64,000 bases of DNA from Phoronis australis (taxonomy: Eukaryota; Animalia; Phoronida): the NCBI GenBank assembly GCA_002633005.1, contig NMRA01000581.1, positions 34,762 to 98,761 of the forward strand, in the 5' to 3' direction. Shown one piece after another: positions 49,201-61,200 of the stretch. The stretch's first letter is position 1. Every line of letters starts with the position of its first letter. A program made the position numbers and the translations under genes. Below the pieces are notes generated by a model. That model saw only the letters and a list, made by a program, of their open reading frames with translations. It was not told where the DNA came from and did no database searches.

Positions 49201-52200
49201 CCTGTGGTGATTAATTTAAACAAATACCATAAAGGCTAAGGGAATGAATAAACCTGTCTTCCAAGTATCACGTGTTGTTCTTGGTTTGACTTTGCGACAC
49301 CTATAAAAGCTGCAGGTATAGGTGTTGTTGATATCTGAAGAAATTGAGGCTGAGTTTCTGCCTGGCCTAGATTAAATGACCTAAATTAAAGTTGATAAAA
49401 TATTTAATTATTAATGAAATACCATGTCATTGATAGTATTTTGCGCTCTCATTTTAACAATATACAATTGAAGCAGTGAAATAAGAGTTTAGATGTAATT
49501 GCAAATTGATATTTTGAGGCTGGGTTGTCCTAAGCTCCTGATTAATTTTACGAAAAACAGTTTAAAACCAAAGCACTTACAAGTTGATCATTTATCAAAT
49601 ACTGGCAGTTGCGCACCAGCTTTGTTTAGTGATCAGGGACTGGCACATTGACTACATGATGGCCCTCTTGGAAAGCAGTGCTATTACTGAAGAGAAGTCA
49701 CCCTCATTTTAAATATCACAATAATAAATAAGTAATAAATCAATAAATATACATGAAATCTGAGGAATCGCAGGCCACAATTCTATTGAATTTTCCAATT
49801 TCAAATGTTTGTAGTTGGATTTTCAAGTATTCTTTGGCAATAATCCCTTTTTGATGGTCCAGTCTCTGTTCACAAAACTAAATTGGTACCTGTCTGATGA
49901 AGCGGTGGCTGACAGTGCTTGTAAATCTGTCTCGGAATTCAACAATATCCTTGCCATAAGCCCTCTGTACACAGCAACGTTTTCGGCGACTGTTTCATGT
50001 TAGCTTTACCATCAAACTCGTATTTCTAATATAAGTACCTTTTGCATGTAAAATGATGCCTTTGGAGACCATTGATTTCATTAAATCCATTCAACTCTAC
50101 TTCAGGTATCTAGATTCTGTCCTGATGTGTTCGTTTGTCCATCAACAAGGTCATTGACGTTCCCATTTTGCTTCCCAGATGGTGCTGGGTATAAGTGTAG
50201 TGGAACAGTGTACCAGTACTAACTTCACTGTTGTATTGCAGGTGTGGTCATTGCAAGCGTCTGGCCCCAGAGTATGAGATAGCTGCCACAGCGTTATTGA
50301 AAAATGATCCTCCCGTGCCTCTAGCTAAGGTAAATTTAGTGATGTGGCTTGTGAATATGGACATGAAGAGACTCCATCTTGTGTCGAATAAACAATTGCT
50401 ACAGTTTTCAGCGAAGACGAGCATCATTAACATATTTGTTCTTGTCTCAGTTATTTGACCCACATGGTCACTTTAGAGGAAGTATGGGTCTCGTTGGTCT
50501 TTTTCATTTTTCTGTTCCAACTTTTGGATGTCATCTGTCATGTGTATCTGCTGTACCAGCATGTTGTGTGGAGTTTGATTAGCTTTTGTGTATTTTCTTG
50601 GAGTGTGATTCCTGTGATTAAGATAAGGTGTGGTGGTTGGAACAGTTTTAATGTGCCAGTAAAGGTGCACATCCCTGGTTGTCATGAATGTACTTTTTCT
50701 GTGCTATTTACCATTCTCCTCAGCTTTAATTTACTGTCCATGGAACGAACCTAGAAAATGACTTAAAAGGCCCCCATCTGTGTTTTACATTCACTTATAT
50801 TGGGCAAATGGAATGATCTATTCACTATGGAAGTCGTGATTTGTGTCTATAGCTGCCAAACTGTCTCAGTAATGATAGTTGACATACAGTGCAGCGAGTT
50901 AAATGATGGAATACCTACGTTTGCTTTCTAGGTTGACTGTACTGAGGCTGGGAAAGATACGTGCAGCAAGTATGGTGTGTCGGGTTACCCCACTTTGAAG
51001 ATTTTTAGGAACGGTGAAGTGTCGGAGGATTACAACGGTGGGCGCGATTCTGGTAAGAACAGATTGTAGTGAGCCCTGACGTCATGGTATGATTGTTCAT
51101 TTTTGTATGCTACAGCACAACTGCTGATGAAAAATCGGATTTGCCATAAAATTATCGCATCAAATTGGTTTCTCATCGCGTCGTTGCTGACGACTCGAAA
51201 AGCGGAAACTGCTCTTTATGTTTTGGAGGAACGAAAATTGTAATTGCGGATCACACGCGCTCGAATTTCCCAATGACTGGTAACCATTATATAAGAAACA
51301 TGTTTTCTTAGTAGTGAGTGACGTCAGTGGCAATCGAGGAACAGATAAAATCAAGTGCCTGTGCCTGGGATAGCGTGCTTCATCAATGACCTCTGCATTT
51401 AGTATGAAATCGCAGTGACAAATAGTGCGATTCTGCGGTCAAAAATGTGTGGAGCGTGGAGTAGTCTGAATATTTGGTGGCCAATGTCTTCAAAAACCAA
51501 GGTTTGTGCTCTGTAAATTTTGAGAGAGGAACAATTACGGAGTGCGTGGCCGAGTCGCCTTGGGCTTGGACTAAGTTGGAGTCAGAGAACCGACTGAAAA
51601 CGATGAAACACTAGAAATAACAATGCTTCCTGAAAAGAAATTCAACTGTAACCGGTTATTCGTTGGATTGGAATCGTGGGATGTGAGTGATGTATGATAT
51701 TCTTTTGTTTGATCCCGGCCGCATGCACGCCTTTTGCCGTTGGCTGCTAGTGCCAGGCCTGACTGCCTGAGTGCGATTTTCTACGTGGCGCCGAAACGGG
51801 ATACAAAGTGCTATTTTCGTTAGGGCTGTTCCAGTAAAATCCGTGTGGGAGGGGGGGGACGGCAGTAGAAATAAAAATTCATGGGTGGTGGTCTTCAGAA
51901 AAAAACTCAAATTATGGGTGGTCGTTCCTGTAAGAAGTGATGCATTAAAAATGGGTGGTATTTTTTGATCTGTTAAAGTTGACAGGTTGGTTAATTCAGC
52001 CAACACATCTCCAAAGAAATCAAAACTCAAAAAATGCGATTGGCATATATCCCAACTTATCCCAATACAAAAAAGCCCATATTGCCAGTGAACAGAGTGC
52101 AATATGTTCACTAAGCCATTAATCAAGTCATGGGCAACTTGATTTGAGCCAACTGCTTGTCTGCAGTCCTATTGAATTGAAAAGTTATGCAACACTAAAC

Positions 52201-55200
52201 TGGTGTTAACACAAATAGGAAAATTGATGATTTTTAAATAAAAAGTATGAGGAGTAAGATAAACAAGTTCCAATATTCACTTGACATAGAAGTATAAAAG
52301 AGTTCGTGGAGACAGTTTGAGATTCATAGATCCTTATAATTGAAAAAATGTTCATTGAAATTATAGACACATGGTGAACAGAGACACCTGGTGGCTGCCA
52401 AAAGTATTGCTCACAGGCTACTTTAGTTTTTGACAATATTGGACAAGACAACTAGTTCTTGTCTGTCAATCATCTAAGTTCTTAACAGGTCCTCCTGGAG
52501 GCAATTTGTTTGCAAGTGTTGGATTTTATATTTTAACCTATTAAAAATAATTAAAAAATTATGGGTCATGGGTTGGAGAAATAAATGAAAAACATGGGCG
52601 GTGGGTACGAAATAAAAGTGCCTTCCCCCCCTCCCATACAGATTTTGCTGGAACAGCCCTTACTGTAAATGGGCTTTAAACTGCCTTTTGTGTATTTCAA
52701 TTTATTTTGACATTTTTCTTGTTCTCTTTTGTGACTCGAGTTTTGCTGTTCGAGAAAAGTGATCACGTGATAGATTCGGAATGATCTGATTGGTCTAAGC
52801 CATTGTTTACAAATTCTGCCAGCCTATTTTCAGTGTCGTGGTAGTTATTTCATGTCACGTAGTTTCTTCTACACCAGTGTGGCTTACTCCTGTAATTACT
52901 GTTTGAAACTGAAAAGCTTTGCCAACTTAGGATTGTGATCGATGCATTCTATCGTTTAAAGTATGTTGTTTCTATGCTAACAGTTGGGGCACGAGCCATA
53001 GGTTTTCGTCTTGACTTATTTCCATTTCCGTTGGAATAAAATTGTATGTTGGAATTAAATGTGTATGTATTTTGGGCTTTCTAGATTATCTATGCATCGA
53101 TTTTCAATTTTTTTTGTAATTTTGTATCGTAATTATAAGAATTGAAAATAATTTTATAGGTCTCCTTGCAGCAAATCAAGAATAAACTCCTGCCACTCAC
53201 ACTGCAAATTTTTTATCATTATCTTTATTATTTAATTTTTAAAAAATATCTTGTTGCATCTAATTGCTTTCATTGTTGTTGCTGAAGTAGATGTCGGGTA
53301 CTGCTTAAGATGAGTGCGTTTTGCTAACCCGATACAGTAACAGGTCATCTTGTGATAATAATGTTTACTTTTGTGTTGACGTATGGCTTAGATTGAAATT
53401 TGTATTTGGTGCCGTAAAAATTCCCTCCTTTTTGTCATGGGTCATTCCAAGCTCTGGTTTGTTTTAAGGAATGCTAGTTTACAACCACTTAACCAGTTCA
53501 TATAGTATGGAAATGTTGCCGAGGTTCGCTGGAACAAATAAACTGTGTCTGTTTCCATAGATGGCATTATCAGCGTTATGAAGAAAAAGGCAGGCCCTGC
53601 CTCCAAGAATCTGCTTGATGTGCAGTTGACAGAAAAGTTCTTGGATACAGAGGAACATTCCGTTATAGGTAAGAGTTACTTTAATGTGCAGTTTATGTAT
53701 TTTTAGGCAACTTTGAAGCATCCTGTAAAATGGCACTGCACTTATTGCCGTTGTGTCGTTAGCAGTTGGATGATAATGCAGTGGATGATATAGCCAGGGC
53801 GACCATCATTACTGTACTTGGGTGAAAATAATGCCCACTGAATAAAAACTAAACAGTTCCATTTTTGTGATTATCACGTAAACCTGATATCCTGATTTCT
53901 GTGAGAACATTCGGAGTGCGTGGAATCATGGAAGTTTTGAATGTGATTAACACATTTCAGCATTTGATGCCATAATGCTGTTATTTTTTGTATTAATTAC
54001 CAAAAATAAAGAATATAACGGAGTTCAACGCATCTGAAAATCTAAATAGGGCGCACATGTGAAAATGGCTTCAAACATGCCGGTAGGGTGCCGCGGTTAA
54101 CGTTCTCTGTAGGACGCACTTGCTTCATTTCTACCCACGCATGTAGGAAACTTGTTACTCTGGAGCGGTAATTTTCCGGAGGTTTGTAAGACCTTGTGCT
54201 GTTCACGTACAGGCTACAGACGTGCATGGTCATTCAACAAGATGGTGACTTAGTTCCCTTGACAATCCATAAGGGGTCTAGTATTTGAATTTGCGCATTG
54301 ATTACAGGCGAGTTGTGTTTACAAGGTTGGGTACTGAACCTTCATTTACGCGTGATGTCGAAATATTCAGTGATGCTTTTTTAGGCTTGTCTAGTGAATG
54401 GAGACATCCCACTAATCTTTGCAAGATTCTCTAGATTATGAACTTAACCATGGTAATGGTTGAAGTTCTTCGGTTTGAGACAGTGAAATGTTATGTAGCT
54501 CAAGGTCGGAGCTGCAAATAAATTTTAGTAATGGGCACTATTGTCCGTCTCAAGTTGAAGAATTACAATCAATTACAAACGGGTCATTTACGTTGCCGTT
54601 GCATGCCATGGCAACACACAGAGATGTGTCAGCACCTGTTTTCAACAATTTTATGAACTGGCTCTTGTCAGAATTGGTTGATACACAACACTATGTCTGA
54701 TATTTGAAAAATACAACAAAATCCAAGATTCCGCACGTCCCGATCTTTATCATCAAGAAAACTCAATTCCGGCTTTTTGGTGTCCCTGATTTTAGAGACT
54801 TTCCCAAACTAAACAATTTTCACCGCGTAGTTGTTGTGTTGTATAGTTCTCGCTGTAGTTATTCTTCTTGTTGCTGTTATTTGCAGGCTTTTTCACCGAT
54901 GAGTCATCTGACCTCGCCAAACAGTTCCAGAAAACGGCAGACTCCACTGAAGATTTCAAATTCGGTCACACTTTCAGCACTGAGGTCATGGATAAATATG
55001 GATACAAAGAGTACGATTATTTCTCATTTGTAAACTCATTGTGCCGTATTCTAGATATATGTTAGAATGTGGACTTCGGGAAAATTTTTAGCTTAAGTTT
55101 CTTAACAAGTATGGTAATTTGGGACAAAATTGGTCGCTAAAGTTGCCATTTTTGTATTTTTTCAGAAGCTTGCCACATTGTTGCAAATGATCAAAATTTT

Positions 55201-58200
55201 TCCAAATTTTCAAAATTTTACCAGGTGTTGCCATGGAAACCATGCTATTAAAGAGCAAATTAAATTTTGCTGATTTTTTGTTGAGAAATTTGATGGAACA
55301 AAATTTCACCTGTCTGCCATATTGTGTCCTTAACTGAAGAACTTTTGCTGTACCCCTTATTTCTTTACCTGTTTGATAATTTGCACATTGGCTGCACATC
55401 AGTGTTCTTCACTGCTCTTTTATCGGCAAGGTGACATTTTTCAGAATGCTACTACAAGATTTTTTATGGTGGAATTTCCAGCATGAGTAGACGAGTTAGT
55501 GGTATTGCAATTGTACATGTTGCATACTGGTCCATGCAGAGACCGTTGTTAGTATGGCCTGGTTTCTGGACAGACTGTACACCATCCTCGATGACTAGAT
55601 AAATTCGCTGACAAGTAGTGACTGATTGCGGATGGCATATTAGATAGGTCGTATGGTAACTCAAAACTTTCTGTACAATCAACTTCTGTGATTCAATGCT
55701 TTAAGCATTTAACAGATCTGTTTTGAATGTGGAAAAATTCAGTCAGTGAATATCTTGATAACATCTGCAATGTTGGAGATGATGGTGGGTAGTGCATGCC
55801 AAGGTTGATTGTTCACGCTTTGATCGCATGCTCAGAAAGTAAGTTAAAGCCTGCAGCAAACAATGTACACATCTGAATCACCTACTGAGTACGTTGTACT
55901 AACTACAGTCGCTGGTCTACAGACTTTGCTGATACTCCACTTAATTCGTGCACAAGCAATCGCCAAAGTTGCCATTTTTCATTTTCAAAGCCCGACTACG
56001 TTGCTGCAAGTAACCAAAACTTTTACCAGTGTTGTTTTATGACGCTTTCACAGTACAAGTTAGTGATGGAGTAAAAGTTTCTTAAGCTTTATTTTTGTGG
56101 AGAAATTTGACAAAATTGCATTTCATGTGTTATAATGTGTGTTGGATAGGTGAAGAATTCCCATATTGTTCTGAAGTGCCTAAGTGAGATACAGATGCTG
56201 ATAAAAGCGAGATAGAGTTAACGTAACGATGCAAGTTGGCCTGGTTTACTGTGTCCTCTACTTCAAATGTCCCACCTTTGTCCTTTCCAGTGACATCATC
56301 CTGTTCCGACCTGCTCACATGGCATCCAAGATGGACGAGTCTATATTGAAATACACGGACGACGCGACTGTCTTTAAGATGAAGGCGTGGCTCAAAGCTA
56401 ACAAGTAAGTGGGTGTGGTTGCATTTGATCTCTGGTAAAAACGGTGGTCACTGGTACTCATGTACCAAGCGAGCTGCTTGAGGTAAAGTCTGCATTTTTA
56501 TTGACTTGTGATTGTTGTTATGACAGGAAACGTAAAACAAACATTGTAGGTGGTTCGATACCTGAATAGCATCAGATTTGCACAGGCCACATAAGGGGAT
56601 GCCCATAGCACAAACCACCTGATTTAAAACTCGTGAGAAGCTTGCGTAATTATAGTCAGGCTCTTCTAGAGAGAGGTTGCTGAAGTCCGTGGCCAAATAA
56701 GCAACATTTATCTGCTACGGATGTTGGGTAATTGAACCAAGTTACTGTTCACAGATAGAGTCCACAATCACCACTGCTTCTGCTTGTGTAGTCATTTCAC
56801 TTAACCTTCTAGCCAGAAGGATCAGTGATTCCCTAGAGCAAGTCTGATCATCTCGCGTTCACTTCTGGCTAAGCACTGTAGGGTCCTGTGGTTCTCCAAA
56901 GCAAATGTCGACGGCAGAATTTGCTTCCACACACTGTGTATAGAATCCATAAAATGAAGGTAGAAGATGGTAAATGTCCAGACAAATGTCCTGTAGCCTA
57001 GTAGGCCGCATTCCTCTGTCCATTATGCTTGGTATTTGGTCCAAGTTGGTGTCCACAGATAGCATTAGCAACCACCACTGCTGCCACTTGTCTGGTCATT
57101 TCACGTAACCTCAGGAAAGGTAACCACCAAGAGTGATTTTAAGAATGGAAAGTCTTGTCAATAAACGTTAATTGTACACGACTTTTCTTACACTTAACTA
57201 CCATCCATTATTTTGTTTAAGAAGTAAAGCTCCACCAGGTGTCGCTTTTTTGGACGTGAATGCCGTTTGGCCTTTTTATACGAATGGGTATGATTTTCCA
57301 CGATCACTCGGCCGTGTATGTGATAAGGAAAGTGCCATCCACCCATTTGTTTGCTAATATCCACCCTACTACATGTTTGGATGGAAGCATGTCCATTAAT
57401 CGTAGTTTTCACTTTTCCTAGACACGGACTATGCGGACACAGGACACCATCCAATGCTGAAGATTTCACAAATCCACTTGTAGTTGTGTACTATGATGTT
57501 GACTATAAACTGAACGCAAAGGGAACTAACTACTGGCGTAACCGGTAAGTGCTAAGCTTTACTCAAGTGGACATAAACACGTTTGATTTAGAACGTTTAT
57601 CATTGTGAAATTGGTCTCAAGTTGTTCCTTGATCAAAATAGGGGATTGAAAACCAGCTCCCCTATGGTGGCCGCCCATGAGTGCAACTACTTAGATTTTC
57701 ATGTTCAGTGTTTCGCTTTAATCGCTAAAGCATTATCAAGACTGACAATTATACACTTAACAGCATCACCCTTTGTTCAGTTTTATTTAGTGTCAATTTA
57801 TTTGCCGAGCATGGTTCTCTGGAATAGCAAACTGTTGAACTGAAATCACGTCTCACGTAGGGAACCCTGTGAGACCAGTTTTACAGTTAGCATAAAGGTG
57901 CAAATGGGATATCTGCAGGCGACAGTTGATTTTGCGAACTTGACCTCGTTCTTTAGGTCAAAGTAAGAAATATAAGAGTTGAGTTAAAATGTTGCTGCCA
58001 CGATATTTAAATAAGGAAGCTTTACGTTTTGTTCATATTTTACACCAAAGGTGCGGCATCTTCAGGCACCAGTCAAATTTTTTGACCTTTAGGTCATTTT
58101 CAAAGTCAGCAAGAATGATTGAAGTCTTTTCACATCATGCATTGGATGACGGTTAATTTTTCAAAGGATTTTTCTCATTTTGAAAATTTCGGAAACTGAG

Positions 58201-61200
58201 TGATAATTTTCAGATATGGTGGAAGTAGGTTTGCAACGGTATTTATTTGTGCCGAGTTGCATTAAACTCTTAAACTTGCATGACGTCGTGTGATACTGCC
58301 TTAAAGACGTGTATATCCTGAGGCAGTGGGAGATGGTTTGGTCGTCTTCTAACGAACGCTCGTTTTATGTTTCCTCAGCGTCATGAAGGTGGCAAAGAAA
58401 CTGAAGGGCGAGGGCAAAGAAGTCAACTTTGCCATTTCTAAGGGCGGTGACTTCAGCAGGGATCTGAGTGATGCAGGCATGTCAGAGAGCAGTGACTCAC
58501 CACAGGCCATGGGGCGGGGCAAAAAGAATGAGAAGTTTGTCATGTCAGACAAATTCAGGTGAGAATGCGCGGGAAATGAGTGTACACCGTTGAGAATTAT
58601 CAGTGTGAACCTGGATCCTTATTTACTCCTTGATGCAATATTGGAACAGTGTTGTCCTCTATTCAAACCAAAAATCCATAGGGCAATGAGTGCTTAGTGT
58701 TACAAATTACATGATTGTGTGTATCGATATTTTCTCCTTCATGCAATTTTCTTACAGTATTCGCTTGTTAACATTTAGCACGATGTCATTTTGACGTTTT
58801 CGACCCAGTCAAATTAATTAAAGTGACAAAACTAGAAACAGACCTCTGTGCTGTACGCAGAAATATTGATTTTTATGGAAATTAAGTTTGTAGTATACAA
58901 GTTCGCAAGACCAGTAAAAATATGCAAATTCAAAGCAGATTATTAACCGAATTGTTTCTCACTTGGTGAAAAGCTAATAATAGAAATGGAAGATTTTTAA
59001 ATGTGAGCTCCGAAGTCGAAAACTTGCTCCTATTAATTCGAAATATACCAAGATAATCGACTAATCGCAAGGTTTCTATCAATATTCGTCATCATCTGCC
59101 TAAACTATAAGCTATGACTGCTGTGATTGGTGGATTGTTGTCTTCGTTTAACTATGGCTATATCCAGCTAAATAAATTATGTACTGTTGTCAAATTGGCA
59201 AAGCATGAGAGGCCACATATTCCGAGCTGTGAAAAACAGCTTCTGAAAGAAGGTAACATCTGTTTTTGCCATGTTATTTCAAAGAATGCCTGTCTTATAT
59301 AAGGGATGGTCCAATTGATATTGCAAGTTTTGTAGCGCGTCGTCGTCTTGCGCTCATGGTGATCTCACTGAATTCGCAGCATGTCGAGCCATCCGCAGCA
59401 GTCAAGGTTTTTTGACAGGCAGTACGGTGGTTGGTGTTGATGCTTGCAATTAATCATGCAGTCCTATTAGGGTTGATAAGATCACAAGAATAAAAGAACC
59501 AATGAGATTTTTGTTTTTTGCCTGCTAAACAGGGCAAAATGCAACTTCAAACTGGGCATATTTTTTCTTTATTACTGCAAAATTAGGCGAATTTTGTGTT
59601 GATTTTAAACATGAGTTCCTCTGTCCACATAAAAAGACATTGTAAATATCATAATTGAAGTCTACTTGCTGGGACAATCTGAACGGCCAGTTTCACTCTG
59701 CTGGTAAGAACAGCTGCATGCGTTTCTCTGGACAGTGGCGAAAGTTGACCACTGCGAACATGACTGAACTCTGGTCCTGGTTTCAGTGTTGACACCTTTG
59801 AGCAGTTTGTCCGCGACATGCTGGATGGTAAATTGGAGCCATACCTTAAGTCGGAACCTCTACCAGACAATCCTGAGAAGGGTCTAAAGGTAAGATGCCT
59901 CAAATGCTCACAAGCATTTAGATCGCTGCGTAACAGATTGGGAGATTGGGTCTTGTTAGTTAGGGATCTTTCACATTGAGATTTTTGATGAAACTTGCTG
60001 GGAATAGGTGGAAATGGGCAACTTTGTCCAAAGTTGCCTGAAATACACCGCTGTCCACGGATTCTAATGGAGATTGTACGAGACGACGTTGCCTCTCTCC
60101 CATGTCTTGTGTTTGAGATCATACTGACTGAGGTGTAATTTAAATCAATTTGTCCTTTGTTCATGAAATTCATTGGCATTGAAATGTTAAGTTTCATTTT
60201 GATTTTTTTGTGAAAGTTGTGAAGTTTTTTAGAGCTTGCTTGACTAGTAGTCACTGGCGTCGTGACTGTTGATAGGAAGGAGATGTTCCTTAATTATGGG
60301 CATTTGTCAAAATGTAGGTTAATAGTTAGTCACTACACGCTTTAAACATTTTCTAAAGGTATTGGTGGAACTCCTCTTAAGGGAGGAAAGTCAACATTTT
60401 TGGAACCACTCTTTATAAGGGGTTGCTGCCATGAAGTATTGTTTTGTTGGCTTTGGAATGATGTTGATGATTGATGATGCATATTCATGGTCGGATGTAG
60501 GATTTTGAGTGGAGGGGGGGGGCAGAGTATTAGCCAGGAGTTTGCCGTCAGACATTTGCAACCCCGAACTGCCAATTGGAATCTGGAAGAATATAAGGGG
60601 GGNNNNNNNNNNNNNNNNNNNNNNNNNNNNNNNNNNNNNNCCCCCTTGGTCCCTCTCTTGTATGAGAAATTGCAGTACTTGTGCGATGTGAATGTGTAAG
60701 AACGTGTTCCACTTGACCTGCTGGTAAGTGAACAGTCACTTGATTCTCAGTCTTCATTATCGATTCTATGGTGACAGGTTGTTGTGGCGAAGAACTTTGA
60801 AGACATCGTTAATAACCCTGAAAAGGATGTTCTCATCGAGTTCTACGCACCCTGGTGTGGACATTGTAAATCGCTGGAGCCCAAGTACAATGAGTTGGCT
60901 GAGAAGGTAGGAGCTGGTCAAGTCAAGTTCAGAGTCTGGAACTCTTAGGACGACAACGATACTTGACTTGGGGTTTTGCAAAACGCACCATTAGCAGTTA
61001 GGTTACTTATAGTAACTTTCAGTCATTTTGCACACAATACAGACCTGTGTACCAGACGCAAAAAATGCAGATTCGTACGGAAATCAAGCCTCCAGTACGC
61101 AAGTACGCACGGCCAGGCAAAAATACGCAAATTCAGCAAATTCAAAAGAGAATTCGGTTGCTTCTCGTAGATTTGTAGTCTAAACAGACAAAGATTTTAA

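Noticed and set aside
51656-52126. 156-aa minus-strand ORF
   Set aside because: Overlaps a Harbinger-like MITE end in a PDIA3 intron; no domain similarity.
59649-60254. 201-aa minus-strand ORF
   Set aside because: Antisense to PDIA3 exon 9 and its introns, with no recognisable motif; a shadow ORF.
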